NCBI GenBank assembly: GCA_963716255.1
Contig: OY970303.1
Span: forward strand, 7,072,001 to 7,136,000
Direction: 5' to 3'
DNA from: an uncultured Gemmatimonadales bacterium
Lineage (GTDB): Bacteria; Gemmatimonadota; Gemmatimonadetes; Longimicrobiales; Longimicrobiaceae
DNA: 64,000 bases
Shown: in pieces, positions 1 through 64,000 of the stretch
Numbering within the stretch: position 1 is the first letter of the stretch
Layout: the number at the start of each line of letters is the position of its first letter
Translations under genes and position numbers: made by a program
The notes under the pieces: model-generated
The model's input: the letters and a program-made list of their open reading frames with translations, nothing else
Database searches by the model: none
What the model was told of the DNA's origin: nothing

Positions 1-12837
<12,837 letters not shown>

Positions 12838-12910
12838 GCGCCCGCCGCCACCGCGCGGGAGAGCGCGCCGGGGGCCGGGGGCACGTCCGCCGGCCGATCC
12901 CCCGGCTCGT

Positions 12911-12950
12911 GGCGAAGTTGCGGTTATTTCCAGACTGTTGTTAATTAGGA
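12911..12950 (+). promoter_or_regulatory. Putative promoter of gene 2 (AT-rich island)
   Basis: Only AT-rich patch in the 259-nt spacer: TTGCGG (12918-12923), 17-18 nt spacer, then TTAATT/TAATTA (12941-12947). The -10 match is imperfect. Confidence 0.4.
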
Positions 12951-13096
12951 AGCCTGGATCGAGGCGCGGGTCGCCGGGCCTTCCGGTGGCGGCGCGAGCT
13001 GCGAAGCGACTCCCGGCAGGGTGATCGACACCCCTCCGCGCAGGAACCGGGCTCGGTCCCCTCCTGCCGCCTCTCCCCCGGCCGTTTGGCGCTCAG

Positions 13097-43332
<30,236 letters not shown>

Positions 43333-43368
43333 GGCGGGCCGTCCGCGCGCAGGACCTCACCGACGACG

Positions 43369-43402
43369 GGCCGCCCGGGGCAGACGATCGCCCCGGGCGG
43401 CC
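43369..43402 (+). terminator. Perfect 13-bp GC hairpin after gene 2 (possible terminator or mRNA stabiliser; no U-tract)
   Basis: GGCCGCCCGGGGC-agacgatc-GCCCCGGGCGGCC, starting 37 nt after the stop codon. Confidence 0.5.
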
Positions 43403-43409
43403 TCCGCGT

Positions 43410-43462
43410 CCCTCCCCCTTTCTCCCGCTTGCGGGGGAGAGGGGGCCGGGGGGTGAGGGGGC
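43410..43462. repeat. BoxC/REP-like palindromic intergenic element with a G-quadruplex motif
   Basis: CCCCCTTTCTCCCGC-TT-GCGGGGGAGAGGGGG (15-bp stem, two G-T pairs) followed by CCGGGGGGTGAGGGGG. Single copy in this window; family assignment is by resemblance only. Confidence 0.6.
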
Positions 43463-43810
43463 CCACCCTCGCGGGCGCCAGCGCGGTGCCCGCGTGAGGG
43501 ATGCGAGCGCGAAGCGGCGAGACCCGGGGTAGTTTCCCGGGGCTCGCCTCCGTTGCACACGGTCGTTTCGTGTGCTACGGAGCCGCAGCCCGACCCGGCG
43601 CCAGCCGGGGCACGCCCGAACCTAGCCGTTCACCCCGGTTCGACCGGATCCGGTACCAGGCTTGAAAATCATCCGGACAGCGTCGAGACTGCTCAATGGC
43701 CCGAGCCGCCGCCCGACCGGATCGGACCACGAGGCGGACCCGGAATGGCGCACCCGGCATGGCCTCGTCCACGGGGCGTGGAGCCGGCTCCCGGGAGGAC
43801 CCCCGGGACC

Positions 43811-43866
43811 ACTTTTGTCCTTGTAATAGCGCTAGTTGCGCATAATATAAGGCAGGTATAAACTGT
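43811..43866 (+). promoter_or_regulatory. Putative sigma70-type promoter of gene 3
   Basis: AT-rich island; TTGCGC (43836-43841)-17 nt-TAAACT (43859-43864); alternative TTGTAA (43821-43826)-16 nt-TAATAT (43843-43848). Confidence 0.55.
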
Positions 43867-44051
43867 AGGACGACAACCGACGCACACCCCGAATTTCCTC
43901 GTTGGACCGCGGGCCGGATCGTTCTCGCGTCCGGCCACGGGTCGTCACACCCCTCGTATCTACCCACCGCTTTCACCGGGCCGCCGCGTCGTGAACGGGT
44001 CAGGAGACCTGCGCGACGGGCCCATCGAAAACCGTACATCACCAGCAGGAT

Positions 44052-64000
<19,949 letters not shown>

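Noticed and set aside
12838..12905. Possible terminator after gene 1
   Set aside because: Only weak, imperfect GC pairing and no U-tract.
12948..12960. 13-nt match GGAAGCCTGGATC with 44202-44214
   Set aside because: One copy is intergenic and one is coding, with no extended similarity; probably chance.

Overview
Very GC-rich bacterial DNA (roughly three-quarters G+C by eye) that is almost entirely three co-oriented (+) giant NRPS/PKS genes. No RNA genes, CRISPR arrays, transposases, transporters, regulators or tailoring genes were seen. Gene 1 (<1-12837) is the 3' end of an NRPS: partial DCL-type C, four A-T modules and a terminal TE. Gene 2 (13097-43332) is a lipopeptide-initiating NRPS/PKS hybrid: FAAL-ACP-[C-A-T]x2-[C-A-NMT-T]-[C-A-T]x2-[KS-AT-ACP]-[C-A-T-E]-[C-A-T], with no TE. 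It is split by a -1 frameshift in a G7 run at 15166-15172; repaired it would be about 10,078 aa. Gene 3 (44052->64000) is absent from the ORF track because it has no stop codon in the window. It starts with a DCL-type C and has six complete modules (Ser, Ser, unknown, anionic-type, Gln, Ser) plus a seventh C. In total there are 17 A domains, one FAAL and one PKS module. The 10-residue specificity codes were read by manual alignment to GrsA, and many match no code I recognise. Other highlights: an atypical AT in a KR-less PKS module, a D-Ala/beta-Ala ending, non-colinear gene logic, module duplication and sub-domain swapping, block-wise switching between C-ending and G-ending synonymous codons, and a four-hairpin, BoxC-like, G-quadruplex spacer. 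The sequence style suggests Gemmatimonadota (Longimicrobiaceae-like), but this is unverified inference.
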